NCBI GenBank assembly: GCA_032128875.1
Contig: JAVLKG010000002.1
Location: 320,001-384,000 of the forward strand
Source of the DNA: Candidatus Melainabacteria bacterium 17Bon1m
GTDB lineage: Bacteria; Cyanobacteriota; Vampirovibrionia; Obscuribacterales; Obscuribacteraceae
Length of the DNA: 64,000 nt
Direction of reading: 5' to 3'
Below, piece after piece: positions 48,567 to 59,022 of the stretch; position 1 is the stretch's first letter, and each line of letters begins with the position of its first letter. The notes under the pieces are model-generated. The model was not told where the DNA came from and did no database searches. It saw only the letters and a program-made list of their open reading frames with translations. A program made the translations under genes and the position numbers.

Positions 48567-49151
48567 TTAACCGACGACCGGCGTGTGGTCCTTGATTTTG
48601 ATGGTCTGTCCGGAATTGGCCAGTTCGCTTTCCAACGCTTCGACGTCGCCAGCAATGAAGCCATTTTTCACCAGCTCTAGATCAGCTGCAATCGGAGAAA
48701 CAGCTTTGTTGATGAACAGTTCGCCATCGAGGTGGTCGATTTCGTGCTGAATGGCGCGGCAGAGCAAGTCGCCCTCAGCTGTCATTTTGACGTCCTTGCC
48801 GGCTAAGTTTTGGTATTTGACGACGATTTTGTGAAAACGTCTGACTTCGAAAAAAACATTGGGGAAGCTCAGGCAGCCTTCCAGACCGACCAGTGAACCT
48901 TCCTTTTCGACAATTTGCGGGTTGATGAAGACAATCGGTTGATTCGGCTCGTCTTCATTGGATACATCGATGACCATAATTCGCTTCGAAACGCCAATCT
49001 GGGGCGCTGCCAGCCCGACTCCATTTTCGTCGTACATGGTCTCAAGCATGTCGTTAGCCAGCTTGCGAACCGAAGAGTCAAAGGTAGTGACCTTCTTAGC
49101 CTTCTGCAATAAAACTTGCTCAGGGTAATACCTCAACCGCAGCTTAGCCAT
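48567..49151 (-). CDS. def: Peptide deformylase
   Basis: GVGLAAPQIG, EGCLS, QHEIDHLDG; GAGGAGG RBS. Confidence 0.96.
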   Translation of the reverse strand: MAKLRLRYYPEQVLLQKAKKVTTFDSSVRKLANDMLETMYDENGVGLAAPQIGVSKRIMVIDVSNEDEPNQPIVFINPQIVEKEGSLVGLEGCLSFPNVFFEVRRFHKIVVKYQNLAGKDVKMTAEGDLLCRAIQHEIDHLDGELFINKAVSPIAADLELVKNGFIAGDVEALESELANSGQTIKIKDHTPVVG

Positions 49152-49333
49152 CTAAAGGTGTCCTCCTCGCTCCCGCCATCGGGGCCTGGTCCGTGAAACC
49201 GTGCCCTATTGGGCGTCTCCAAAGAATATTACCATACACCAGTAAATATTCTTGACTACTTTCTGTCTTGATTCTCGCATGAATTTCGCCCGAAAGACCG
49301 CCGGGAGCCATAGTATTGAGCGTTTTTTGACCT

Positions 49334-49912
49334 TTACTTCATCTGTAGCTTTAGACCGGCGCACATGAGAAAGACTGCATGTGCGGCTTGAGCGACGATT
49401 TGATTGGTTTCTCCAAGCAAATCTCGATAGGACCGGGCCAGTGCATTTTCCGGGACGATGCCAGAGCCCACCTCGTTTGTCACTGCAACGAATTTTATTT
49501 CTGAGCGCTTTTCGACCGCCGACAAAACCTTTTCAATCTCTTCAAGCACCTGCTTGCGTGCTTCTGGAAAGCGCGTCCCTTCACCGTTTGTTTTTAAAAG
49601 GATGTTTGATACCAGCAGAGAAAGGCAATCTATGATGCACGTTTGCTTGTTTTGCGAGAGGGACAAAATGGCAGCGCTTAAATTGAAGGGCGCTTCGACC
49701 GTTGTCCACGTGTCAGGCCTTCTCGAGCGGTGAAGATCAATTCGCATTACAGTTTCTGGGTCATCATGCATCTCTTCCATGGTCGCTAGATATACGACCG
49801 GCATGTTTGATTCTTTGCCAAGCTGCTCTGCAAGCAAAGATTTGCCGGAGCGCGCCCCACCAGTAATCAAAGTCAGATTGCTTAAACCTTGTATTTTTGC
49901 GGTATTAGACAA
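49334..49912 (-). CDS. cobU: Adenosylcobinamide kinase/guanylyltransferase
   Basis: TGGARSGKS, YLAT, RIDLHRSRR, DCL, TNEVGSG, YRDLLG..NQ. Confidence 0.92.
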   Translation of the reverse strand: MSNTAKIQGLSNLTLITGGARSGKSLLAEQLGKESNMPVVYLATMEEMHDDPETVMRIDLHRSRRPDTWTTVEAPFNLSAAILSLSQNKQTCIIDCLSLLVSNILLKTNGEGTRFPEARKQVLEEIEKVLSAVEKRSEIKFVAVTNEVGSGIVPENALARSYRDLLGETNQIVAQAAHAVFLMCAGLKLQMK

Positions 49913-50046
49913 TTTTTCAAATTCTCCCGGTCAAGCTTTGCTTTGAAACCGCTGACTTTTGTTATCTTTGAGTTGAGCATTTAGTATGCCTGCCCGCTAG
50001 TTTTCTTGTCTATTTTCACTGCTCTTACGTTACAGAAATCCAGATA

Positions 50047-50766
50047 GTGGCCAACAAAAGCCGGACCAGCCGCTCTAATTCAGTCGCAGGCGAAAGCGTC
50101 AATTCTCAACGTGCGCTCAATGAGATGTACCAGCATTTCATGGCTGGATATGTGCGCCGCATTAACGAAGCTACTCTCAATGTCACCATTGGCGGCGTCA
50201 GGATTGGGTCAGCAAAATACACGCGACTGGCTCAAATCAATTTGAAATCACGCATCATTACGTTCTCCCGTCATGCTATCGAAAATGTGCCTGAGCGCGG
50301 GCGGAGATACTTGGTATTGCACGAGTTGTCACATGTGCTGGAGGCAAGCCACAACAAGAAATTCTGGGCTTATGTCGAGCGCTACGAGCCTGAATATCAA
50401 AAGATTGGCAAAGAACTCGATAGAGCGTTTAAGCGCAATGTACGTGCCGACATTGAAACGTTGGCGGCAGAACAGCAACTGAGTGGCATGACCACACAAG
50501 AAAAGCTCGAACAACTTAAGGGCATTGCCACGCCTCGCCTGATGGGAGGTCTGGCCAAGGGCAAGGACAGAGTTCTTGATGTCAACAACGAATCGGTGCT
50601 CATCACGGGGCAGGCCGCACTTGCTCAGTATGAAGCCGATGACGACGATGAATCCTACATCTGCATGGAAGACGAGTTCGGCATGTATGACGAAGGCGGA
50701 ATCGTGACCGGCGGCTCAGCCTTTGGCGGCAACTATGAAGAAATTGACGAATCTGACTTCAGTTGA
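50047..50766 (+). CDS. YgjP/DUF45 (M48-like) zinc metalloprotein with an acidic tail
   Basis: YLVLHELSH...HNKKFW...YEPEY motif. Confidence 0.7.
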   Translation: MANKSRTSRSNSVAGESVNSQRALNEMYQHFMAGYVRRINEATLNVTIGGVRIGSAKYTRLAQINLKSRIITFSRHAIENVPERGRRYLVLHELSHVLEASHNKKFWAYVERYEPEYQKIGKELDRAFKRNVRADIETLAAEQQLSGMTTQEKLEQLKGIATPRLMGGLAKGKDRVLDVNNESVLITGQAALAQYEADDDDESYICMEDEFGMYDEGGIVTGGSAFGGNYEEIDESDFS

Positions 50767-51104
50767 AGGGAGCCGTTTTCAGTGACTGGTTGCAAAGCGC
50801 ACGGTGCAGGGGCGCCAGTGTTAAGCCGCTTGTAAAGGTATAGGCTTGCTATAGGGATGCTTTCAGATGCCCAAAAGCATATCCTGCTGCCAATTTCTGC
50901 CACTTCGACATACTAATTTATTATCAGGAACACTGCTCAAAGCCTCACGGTGGCGTGACAGAAGCGTTAGAATGACGTTGTCTGTCGCCGGAATGGTCCA
51001 GTGAAGTTGGGCATTTTGCTCCTGAATTCACTGAGTCGACAGAGATGGTTCGGTGCGAGTAGCGCAATTAGTCAGCTCGCATAACAAGGAAAATAAATCC
51101 GCCA

Positions 51105-52367
51105 ATGAGTAGAAGAAGAGTTGTGGTGACTGGCATCGGTGGCGTTACGCCTATTGGCGTTGGCCGCGAAGACATGTGGAAAGCTTTGCTTAATGGCGAA
51201 AGCGGCGTCAAGAGAATTAGCCAGTTCGATCCCGATGAGATCGGTTTGGACGTCAAAATTGCAGCCGAAGTCAAAGGCTTCAATATTGCTGATTTCTTCC
51301 CGGACAAACGCAAAGTCGGCTCGATGTTGAAAGAGATGGATCGTGTCACTCTTTTTTCGATGGTGGCCGCTAAACAAGCTTTGGAAGATGCCAAACTTGA
51401 AATCAAAAACACTATTGCCGAGCGCGTTGGAACCTACATCGGAACCGGCGTTGGCGGTTTGATCACAACAACCGGTGACCATATCAAGCTGATGGCTGGT
51501 GGACCGAAAAAGATTGGTCTTCGCTCGATTATTCGTTTAATGCCCAACGCTTCGTCGGGACAAGTTGCCATCGAATATGGTGCGAAGGGCAGAGCTAAAA
51601 ATGACAGCACTGCGTGCGCTAGTGGTCTTGATTCGTTGCTCGACGCTTTTATGTACATCCAGAGCAATCGTGCCGACGTCATGATTTCCGGTGGTTCTGA
51701 GGCCTGTATCAACCAATTCAGTGTTGCTTCCTTTAACAACATGATGGCTCTGTCCAAGCGCAATGATGATCCTGAAAGTGCATCGCGTCCGTTCACCAGC
51801 GACAGAGATGGATTTGTAATCGGCGAAGGCTCCGTTGTTCTCATTCTTGAAGAGCTCGAGCATGCTCTCAAGCGCAACGCGACAATCTATGCAGAAATCG
51901 TCGGCGGTGGTGCATCTTGCGATGCTACCCACATCGTTGCTCCGGACGAATTCGGTGAAGGAGCAGCCAGAGCGATTAGTGAAGCACTAAGAGACGCAGA
52001 ACTCGACCCGACGGCAATTGATTACATCAATGCTCACGGAACATCGACTCCGTTAAATGATGAGAGAGAAACTCTCGCCATCAAGAAAGTATTCAAAGAG
52101 CATGCTTACAAGGTTGCTGTATCGAGCACAAAGTCCATGGTCGGTCACTTGCTCGGAGGCGCTGGCGCAATCGGTGCGGCCGCTACTGCGTTGACGTTGT
52201 TCGATCAGAAGATCCATCCAACGATCAATTACAACACTCCCGATCCGAAATGCGATCTCGACTATGTGCCAAATGTTTTCCGTCAAGCACCAGTCAAACA
52301 CGCTATTTGCGAGGCTCTCGGATTTGGCGGACACAACACTGTTTTGGTGATGAAGTCCTACGCTTAG
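51105..52367 (+). CDS. fabF: Beta-ketoacyl-ACP synthase II
   Basis: RRVVVTGIG, TACASG, SRPF..RDGFV, INAHGTST, KSMVGHLLG, GFGGHN. Confidence 0.92.
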   Translation: MSRRRVVVTGIGGVTPIGVGREDMWKALLNGESGVKRISQFDPDEIGLDVKIAAEVKGFNIADFFPDKRKVGSMLKEMDRVTLFSMVAAKQALEDAKLEIKNTIAERVGTYIGTGVGGLITTTGDHIKLMAGGPKKIGLRSIIRLMPNASSGQVAIEYGAKGRAKNDSTACASGLDSLLDAFMYIQSNRADVMISGGSEACINQFSVASFNNMMALSKRNDDPESASRPFTSDRDGFVIGEGSVVLILEELEHALKRNATIYAEIVGGGASCDATHIVAPDEFGEGAARAISEALRDAELDPTAIDYINAHGTSTPLNDERETLAIKKVFKEHAYKVAVSSTKSMVGHLLGGAGAIGAAATALTLFDQKIHPTINYNTPDPKCDLDYVPNVFRQAPVKHAICEALGFGGHNTVLVMKSYA

Positions 52368-52388
52368 CCGCGTGACGGGTTTTTCGTC

Positions 52389-55300
52389 CTAGACAGTAGC
52401 GCTAGGAGAATTTTCGTCCTGATTTGCTTGCTGTTGTTGCTGTTGCGCTGCAGATGCCGCCAAAGCCATGCTGGCTGGATCTACACGCCCTGCACCGGAT
52501 TGCGCAGCGGCGCCGCCAAAACCGGCCTGATCATTTTCCGGTTGCTCTTCCAGGTGGGAGAAATTGCCGTAGACATGCTTGCCGCCAGGCTCGGCTGCGG
52601 TCAATTTGCGACCGGTATTCCAGCTGACGACATTCTGCCAGGCTTTGGACGCGCCGGAAGTGTAAGCGGCTGCCAGTGAATTTGGTCCGGAAGTGCCATA
52701 TGGGTTGGCTCTCAGACTGCTCTGGTTGTAAGCCATGTTATTGCTCATGTCTTTAATCTTGTTGATATCGAAGTTAGTCGTTGCCGGCTTTCTCTTGGAC
52801 GAATCATCAAGATTATTGGTCGAGTTGGCGCGCACCCGTGACGGTGTGGCGACGAATACTTGCTGGCTAGAGTCGGCAACAGTCGACGGAGCGCCTGGTC
52901 CGCGAGTCGGCCCCATGGGATTGCCGTACTGCACCTGGTTTTCGTGTTCTTTCTTGACGCGCAGTTGACCGACTGTGAGCGCTTCTTTTTGGCGAGTCCA
53001 GACTGCTTGAGCCTCCGGATTCTCGGCTGTGCGCTCGGCGATGATTTGCTTGATCTGCTCTCTTAGTGCGTCGATTTGAGCTTGATCTTTGCCGCGGATG
53101 TAGTCGGCAACTTTGGCTGCCAGCTCGGCACGGGATCTTTCGCGATCAGCCTCGGTGCGAGCGGCGATTTCTTTCTCCATCAAAGCAGCCATTACATATG
53201 GAGCGTTGACTTCGTCGTAAATGTAATCTTGAGCTTTTTCTTTCAGAGCAAAACCGCCGACGCCCAAAAGTCCGACGCCTGCTGCAGTGGTGAGAATATC
53301 TTTGACCAGTTTGTGGCGCAGTGATTCTTGAGCCAAGTTGGGATTGGCGAGCAAAGCTGCTTTGTCTTGGGTCAAACCTCTGACGCTGAATTTGACCTGG
53401 TTGTCCATGATGTTGCGGTTGAAACGCTCCGCAGCGTCGAGCAATTGACCTTTGTTTGTTTCCAAACCGGCAATTGGTCTGACGTTGAAAGATCCGGCTT
53501 TGACTTGGGAAATCAGTGACTGACCGCCGTCCATGCCGCCAAATGCACGTTGGGCAAGGGTGTTCTTTCCGTAATAGCCTTGCTCGCTAACCAGGCGTGC
53601 AGCCCAGTGATCGAGAATGCTTTCGCGCAACTTGAGCAGTTGTCCTTGCACCGCAGGCGGTGACACTTCGTACATGTTGGCGATGCTGTTGAGAGCATTT
53701 TTGTACGAAGCTACTTTGCCTGAGTTGGCAGCGTCCATGTAGGCCTTGAACTGCGATTCAAACGCCGATGCTCTGGCGTTTTGCATTGTTTGGGCAGTTC
53801 TTTCGAAACCTTCGACAGTTTGTCTGAGAGTTTGCAGATTGCGTGCTTCGACTTCGCCGAGAGCAACGGCAGGTTTGAAGTCATTGAGTTTCTTGGCGGC
53901 TGCATTGACGTCGGCAATAGCGCCATCACCATTGGTGAATTTTCTCAGTGCGGAATTGAACTCGGTTGCCAGTTTGTTGACTTCAGAGTCCGTTTTGAAA
54001 CCGAGGCGAGCCGCTTCATCAGCTGCATTCGGAAGTCTGCGGGCGGCGTTGATGGCATCGTCGGCGACAGCCAGCTTGCGTGCATCGGCAATGGCTGAAG
54101 CTTTGGATTCGACCATGGCGGCTGTGCCTTTGCCCAGCTCATCCAATTGAGTCGACGACTTCTTCACGAAGCTCATCATGTCGCTTTCTTTGACTGTGCC
54201 TCTGGCTACATCGTCTGAAAGCGATTTGATTACGTTGAGACGCTCGCTGACGTGATTGAACTTGCCGGCTTGGCTTTCCAACTGTTCGGCTTTGGCAATG
54301 AGCCTTGCTCTCGATTCTGACGTTGCCGGCATGGTTTCGGCCAATTCGCGAACTTCTTTGGCTAGTTGCTTGCCGCCCTGGCTGGACATAAAGCTGGTTT
54401 GCTTCGCCACATCGTCGAGCTTGGGTGCCAGGTTTTCGACAACGTTAGACATCGAGCGCGAGCTGTTTTCGATGTTGGTCAATTTGCGGACGTTGGCAGC
54501 TTCATCTCCGAGGACTTTAGCGTCGGTGCTCAGTCTTTCGGCGACGTTGGTCACCTTTGTTTCCGCCGCAGCTACTCTGCCTTCGGTCTTGATGGCAGCT
54601 TGCTCCATCCGTATGACCATGTTTTGCATGTTGTCGATCTGCGTTTGATTCTTCTGAATCACTCTTGCCAGATCGTCGCCGATGCCGTCGGTTGCTGCGC
54701 GTCTGGCAGCAGCTCTGATTTCTTCGAGAGCTTTGAATTCGTTGCTGGAGCGCTGCGCTACGAGCTCGACATTGTCGAGAGCGTTGGTCAATTTTGTCAG
54801 TTGTTTGTTGTCGCCGGCTTTGACCGCATCATCAAGAACATTACGGAAGCCCGGTTGAAGCTGTTCCAACTTAGCCAAGCCTTGCTCTGATTCTCTGACT
54901 GCTGCTGCAATTGCGTCACGGTCGCCGGAGCGAACAGCGGTGCGCAGTCTGTCGATAGCCTTGAACTCATCGGCTTGCCTTACTGCCGCTTCCATGATGT
55001 CGGTGGTGGCGGTGATGCCGTTGGTTGCTTGTCTTGATTTGACTACGCTGGTTTCGATGGCTTGCAGCCTACTTGTCCGCTCTGCTGAGCTGGCGAAATT
55101 GTCGAGTGCTTGCGGAAGTTTTACTTCAGCCGCCCGTACTTCTTTAGCAGCATTGCCCAGTCTTTCGATATCATCGGCTGACTTGGTTGAGGCCTTGAAG
55201 GCTGTAACTGCTTCTTCGAAATTGCGCAGGGATTGAACTTTTGCAGCATCGCTGCCTACTTGTGTCTGTAATGTCTTGAGCGCTTGAACTGCTTCGTCTG

Positions 55301-57710
55301 CACCTTTGCCCAGGTCTACGACACCACCTTTGATGGCAAGGGTGCGAGTCGCATCGGTCGCGGCATCGGCAATTTTGCTGCCGTTGACTGTAAGTGTTTC
55401 GGTAGCGCCCGGCACTGCACGCTCCAGCACTCTGGAATTCTTTTGGATTACCAAAGCCAATTCGTCGGCTGTGACATTGCCTTTCATAGCGCCGTTGAAG
55501 GCGGTTTGAACTTCTTCGATTGCTTTCAAATTGGTTGGATTGCCGGCCCATTTGCGTGCGGCTTCTTCCAAAACCGGCGCCGATTCTGCAATGCTTCTTT
55601 CGAGAGTCAGTGCGGGACGAGCTTTCTCTGCTGCTTCAACGACTTTGCTTGTTTGAGCAGTGACGTTGTCGCTGACGCGAGCAACTTGAGCCAGTGCTTC
55701 CTCAACGTTGCCGCCTGCTTTGGTCGCCAATGATTTTTCGTTGTTGGCGAGATTTCTCAGGGCTGCAGTCAATTCTTCTGTGCTACCGCTGCGACCGGCA
55801 ACGAAGTCTGCCACTGCCTGTTCGACTTTGGCTACTTGCTGCGGGCTGGTGGCCTTGAGCGGAGCCAGAACATTGTCTAGTTCGGAAGTGGCTGCCTTAA
55901 CCGGCTTGACCAGATCATCCATGTGAGTGAAAAGTCTGGTTGCATTGACGCTTTCGGTAAGATTTCCAGCTTGTCTGGTGATTTCTTTCAAGGTATCTGC
56001 CGAGACGTTGCCTGTTTGTTTCAGCTTATCTACGGCTTGGGCGAATTCTTCCGGACGGATAGCACCGTTGGCGAGTTTATTGGCAGCGACTTTTACTTCA
56101 TCGAGTGCTTGCGCTTGCAGCGAACCGGACTGCGGTGCTTCTTTCTGAATCGCTTGCTCTATTTTTGTGGCTGCTTGTCTGGCGTCGTCTGCGTAGGTCT
56201 CGAATCTGGTCAGAAGTCTGCGTCCGACGGATGCTCCTTCCAGTTTTGCTACATCAGCAACAAGTCCTTCGACGAGTTGTGGGTTCAGACCAGGGGCATC
56301 ACTCTTTAAAGCTTTAACAGCAGATATAAGTTCGTCAGATTTATTGCCGCCACGGGCAACATCATTTACGAGAGTCTGGATGTTTTGCAGAGCTTTTGCT
56401 TCTGGCGAATTCTTGCCGACACCGACAGTGAGGCTTTCGATCTTGGTGCCTATGTTCTTGGCGGCATTGTCGACTGTCATGCCGAATGCTTCAACGGTTC
56501 CGGCGCGCTCCATGCTGCGAAGCAATTGGTTGCTTTGACCGGTCAATTCTTGCAGTTGCGGTCCTTTGAGGTGCGCGGCACTGTTTTCGACGGCTTGGGT
56601 AAATCTCGCCTGCGCTCCGGCTTCGCCTTTGAACATAGCAGCAGCAGCATTTTCCACTTCCTTCAAAGCGGTGGTTGCGGCAACGTCGGTCTTCTCTGTC
56701 GCTGTAAGCATGCGAGTAAGCGAGCTGGAGAAATTTCTCGACTCAGTCAGCGCGGCTGTTTTGCTTGCGTCAGTGAAAGCGGCAGATGTGATATTTGCCG
56801 GTCTTACATTCGGGTAGAAGCCATGTAGCGACTTGATCAAGCTGCTTTCGCCGGCGGCGACTTCAGTGCCGATGCCTACTGTTGTCGCTTTTGGACCTCT
56901 AAATGCAGCGGTTTCACCAAGATTGGTGGAGCGCGCCACGATGTTCTCGGTTACGGAAGTTGTTTGTCCTGCTTCTCGGAAGAAAGTATGGCTCTTGCTA
57001 GTGCCGGTTTCGGTAACGCGACCGACGGTTCTGCCGACATTTGCCAACTCGTCGGTGGCTGCGGCAACGTTGTCGCCCAGGGACAGTGCGCGGGTAGCCA
57101 GTGTGCCGCCACGCAATTCATTGGCAATTCCAACTGTACCTTTAGTGGTCAGCGCCGTACCGCCACCCAAGGTGATCAAGAAACTTGTACCGGTACCCAA
57201 CATGCGGGCTTTGTCGTCTGCCGTGCCTGTTGACCAGTCAGTGGCCATTTTATTTGTAAGAGTGCCCCAGTTCTTTCTGCCTTGCTCGGAGAAGGGGTTC
57301 AATGCCGGTGCAGCATGAGCTACATCAGTAGCAGTTCTGGTGAAGGCTGCCGTGATGCTGTGGCCTTCGGACAGGGCAGAAATTCCACCCTGGTCGGCTT
57401 CTCGTGCTAGGGTCGCCTTATCCTTCTTAAATATGGTCGTGACTTGGTCGGCAAGACCGGTGACCGTAGCGCCCAAGAAATTGGTGGTGACGCTGCCAGC
57501 GGTCGACGTATCAGTCTTAGGCAGAGTCTGCTGAGTCTTCAGCATTTGGTCCGCATTGGTAAGCGCTTCGTTGAAACTGCTGCTTACTACGGAATTAAAA
57601 TTCAAGCCGGAAGTTTTTGGGGCTTCAGTTTCGGTTTCGGACGCGTTAGCGGCCAGGAGATTGTTATCTCCTCCGTTAGCGCCAGTGTTTAAACCGAATC
57701 TATTGCTCAT
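52389..57710 (-). CDS. Giant (1773 aa) Ala-rich helical-repeat protein of unknown function
   Basis: Uninterrupted 5.3-kb ORF with degenerate ~90-100 aa repeats, two Gly-rich hydrophobic segments and no Cys seen. Confidence 0.85.
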   Translation of the reverse strand: MSNRFGLNTGANGGDNNLLAANASETETEAPKTSGLNFNSVVSSSFNEALTNADQMLKTQQTLPKTDTSTAGSVTTNFLGATVTGLADQVTTIFKKDKATLAREADQGGISALSEGHSITAAFTRTATDVAHAAPALNPFSEQGRKNWGTLTNKMATDWSTGTADDKARMLGTGTSFLITLGGGTALTTKGTVGIANELRGGTLATRALSLGDNVAAATDELANVGRTVGRVTETGTSKSHTFFREAGQTTSVTENIVARSTNLGETAAFRGPKATTVGIGTEVAAGESSLIKSLHGFYPNVRPANITSAAFTDASKTAALTESRNFSSSLTRMLTATEKTDVAATTALKEVENAAAAMFKGEAGAQARFTQAVENSAAHLKGPQLQELTGQSNQLLRSMERAGTVEAFGMTVDNAAKNIGTKIESLTVGVGKNSPEAKALQNIQTLVNDVARGGNKSDELISAVKALKSDAPGLNPQLVEGLVADVAKLEGASVGRRLLTRFETYADDARQAATKIEQAIQKEAPQSGSLQAQALDEVKVAANKLANGAIRPEEFAQAVDKLKQTGNVSADTLKEITRQAGNLTESVNATRLFTHMDDLVKPVKAATSELDNVLAPLKATSPQQVAKVEQAVADFVAGRSGSTEELTAALRNLANNEKSLATKAGGNVEEALAQVARVSDNVTAQTSKVVEAAEKARPALTLERSIAESAPVLEEAARKWAGNPTNLKAIEEVQTAFNGAMKGNVTADELALVIQKNSRVLERAVPGATETLTVNGSKIADAATDATRTLAIKGGVVDLGKGADEAVQALKTLQTQVGSDAAKVQSLRNFEEAVTAFKASTKSADDIERLGNAAKEVRAAEVKLPQALDNFASSAERTSRLQAIETSVVKSRQATNGITATTDIMEAAVRQADEFKAIDRLRTAVRSGDRDAIAAAVRESEQGLAKLEQLQPGFRNVLDDAVKAGDNKQLTKLTNALDNVELVAQRSSNEFKALEEIRAAARRAATDGIGDDLARVIQKNQTQIDNMQNMVIRMEQAAIKTEGRVAAAETKVTNVAERLSTDAKVLGDEAANVRKLTNIENSSRSMSNVVENLAPKLDDVAKQTSFMSSQGGKQLAKEVRELAETMPATSESRARLIAKAEQLESQAGKFNHVSERLNVIKSLSDDVARGTVKESDMMSFVKKSSTQLDELGKGTAAMVESKASAIADARKLAVADDAINAARRLPNAADEAARLGFKTDSEVNKLATEFNSALRKFTNGDGAIADVNAAAKKLNDFKPAVALGEVEARNLQTLRQTVEGFERTAQTMQNARASAFESQFKAYMDAANSGKVASYKNALNSIANMYEVSPPAVQGQLLKLRESILDHWAARLVSEQGYYGKNTLAQRAFGGMDGGQSLISQVKAGSFNVRPIAGLETNKGQLLDAAERFNRNIMDNQVKFSVRGLTQDKAALLANPNLAQESLRHKLVKDILTTAAGVGLLGVGGFALKEKAQDYIYDEVNAPYVMAALMEKEIAARTEADRERSRAELAAKVADYIRGKDQAQIDALREQIKQIIAERTAENPEAQAVWTRQKEALTVGQLRVKKEHENQVQYGNPMGPTRGPGAPSTVADSSQQVFVATPSRVRANSTNNLDDSSKRKPATTNFDINKIKDMSNNMAYNQSSLRANPYGTSGPNSLAAAYTSGASKAWQNVVSWNTGRKLTAAEPGGKHVYGNFSHLEEQPENDQAGFGGAAAQSGAGRVDPASMALAASAAQQQQQQANQDENSPSATV

Positions 57711-57994
57711 TGCTGCCCTAAATGCCTCTACGGTGTTGCCTTTTCAGGTTTTTTTATCGTAGTTTCGGCGTCTTCAGCACACCAGGAATGTGGTGACTTT
57801 GAACGCATGTATCCGAGGTGGCAAGGAAATTTGACAGTTCGAGGGGAACTTTTAACCCAGAATAGTGCCAACAGTGCCCAACTTTGATGGGGAAAATACG
57901 CATGTCAGGAGGTGGACCCCCAGGAGCGGATCAGATTTAATATAAATACTGATCTATACCTATAGATTCCCTCGAAAGTACCCCTTTTAAACCC

Positions 57995-58816
57995 ATGACA
58001 ACCCTGAAAGGGCGCTCGCGGGTGGCTAAAGAGAAGACAAAAGGACCGGAAACAACCTTGAGCTTCCTCGAAAACATAGACAACATCCTGGAAAAGGACC
58101 CTGCGGCCCGCAGCAGACTGGAAGTAATTCTCTGCTACCCTGGATTTCACGCCATCGTGGCCCACAAATTGTCCAATTTCCTCTGGCGTCGAGGTCTGAC
58201 AACGCCCGCCCGCTGCGTCTCTCAAGCAGCGCGCGTGCTGACCGGTATTGAAATACACCCAGGAGCGACAATCGGGCGGCGCGTCTTTATAGATCACGGC
58301 ATGGGTGTAGTCGTTGGAGAAACAACAATCATCGGCGATGACGTGGTTATTTATCAGGGCGTAACCCTGGGAGCCGGCGCAGCTGCACGTATGGGCTCTG
58401 CCAGTCGGGGAAAAAAACGCCATCCTACCTTGTGTAACGGGGTGGTCGTTGGTTCTGGAGCTGAGATTCAGGGCGACATTGTCGTCGGAGACAATGTCCG
58501 AGTGGCATCCGGGTCTATCGTTTTGAAGGACGTGCCTCCCAACTCGGTGGTCGTAGGTGTCCCTGGGCGCGTCATTTATCGCGATGGCGTCAAAGTAACC
58601 AGCGAGTCGGTTCCGGATATCGAAGCCGAGGCGATTAAGAGTCTTAAGCGCCGATTGGAAAAATTGGAGCACATGCTGGCTGCGTCCCCTGACCTCAATA
58701 AAGAGTCTTTTGAAGTGCCGAGCGACGATTTTTCAACCGGCGACCTCAAAGATATGGACGTTGTCGACGACGGCGCCGACCCCGTCGATGTATTTCTTCA
58801 CGGAGCCGGCATTTAA
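57995..58816 (+). CDS. cysE: Serine O-acetyltransferase (start may be GTG 58022)
   Basis: DPAARS, YPGFHA, TGIEIHPGA, FIDHGMGVVVGET, KRHPT; C-terminal GAGI resembles the CysK-binding tail. Confidence 0.93.
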   Translation: MTTLKGRSRVAKEKTKGPETTLSFLENIDNILEKDPAARSRLEVILCYPGFHAIVAHKLSNFLWRRGLTTPARCVSQAARVLTGIEIHPGATIGRRVFIDHGMGVVVGETTIIGDDVVIYQGVTLGAGAAARMGSASRGKKRHPTLCNGVVVGSGAEIQGDIVVGDNVRVASGSIVLKDVPPNSVVVGVPGRVIYRDGVKVTSESVPDIEAEAIKSLKRRLEKLEHMLAASPDLNKESFEVPSDDFSTGDLKDMDVVDDGADPVDVFLHGAGI

Positions 58817-59022
58817 TCACGCCCGACCATTGTGGCAAAAACCGCTTTTTAAGTGGGTAGAATAAAGGTGTCTAGTTGAATGTGCGGTTTTCGTCCTTTG
58901 AAACCGATCTGAGGGGCAAACTGGGTTTGGCGATCGCACAGAGACAAAATGCAAAACCAAATGCATTCGTTAAGGAAAATGGATATACGATCCGGTAACT
59001 AGCGGAAAGGAACGATTACCGC

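Noticed and set aside
52389-57710. Phage tape-measure protein or prophage
   Set aside because: No neighbouring phage structural, integrase or tail-chaperone genes; flanked by fabF and cysE
57905-58672. 255-aa antisense ORF over cysE
   Set aside because: Shadow of the hexapeptide-repeat gene
58930-58937. HIP1 (GCGATCGC) cyanobacterial repeat
   Set aside because: Only sporadic copies noticed, with no enrichment
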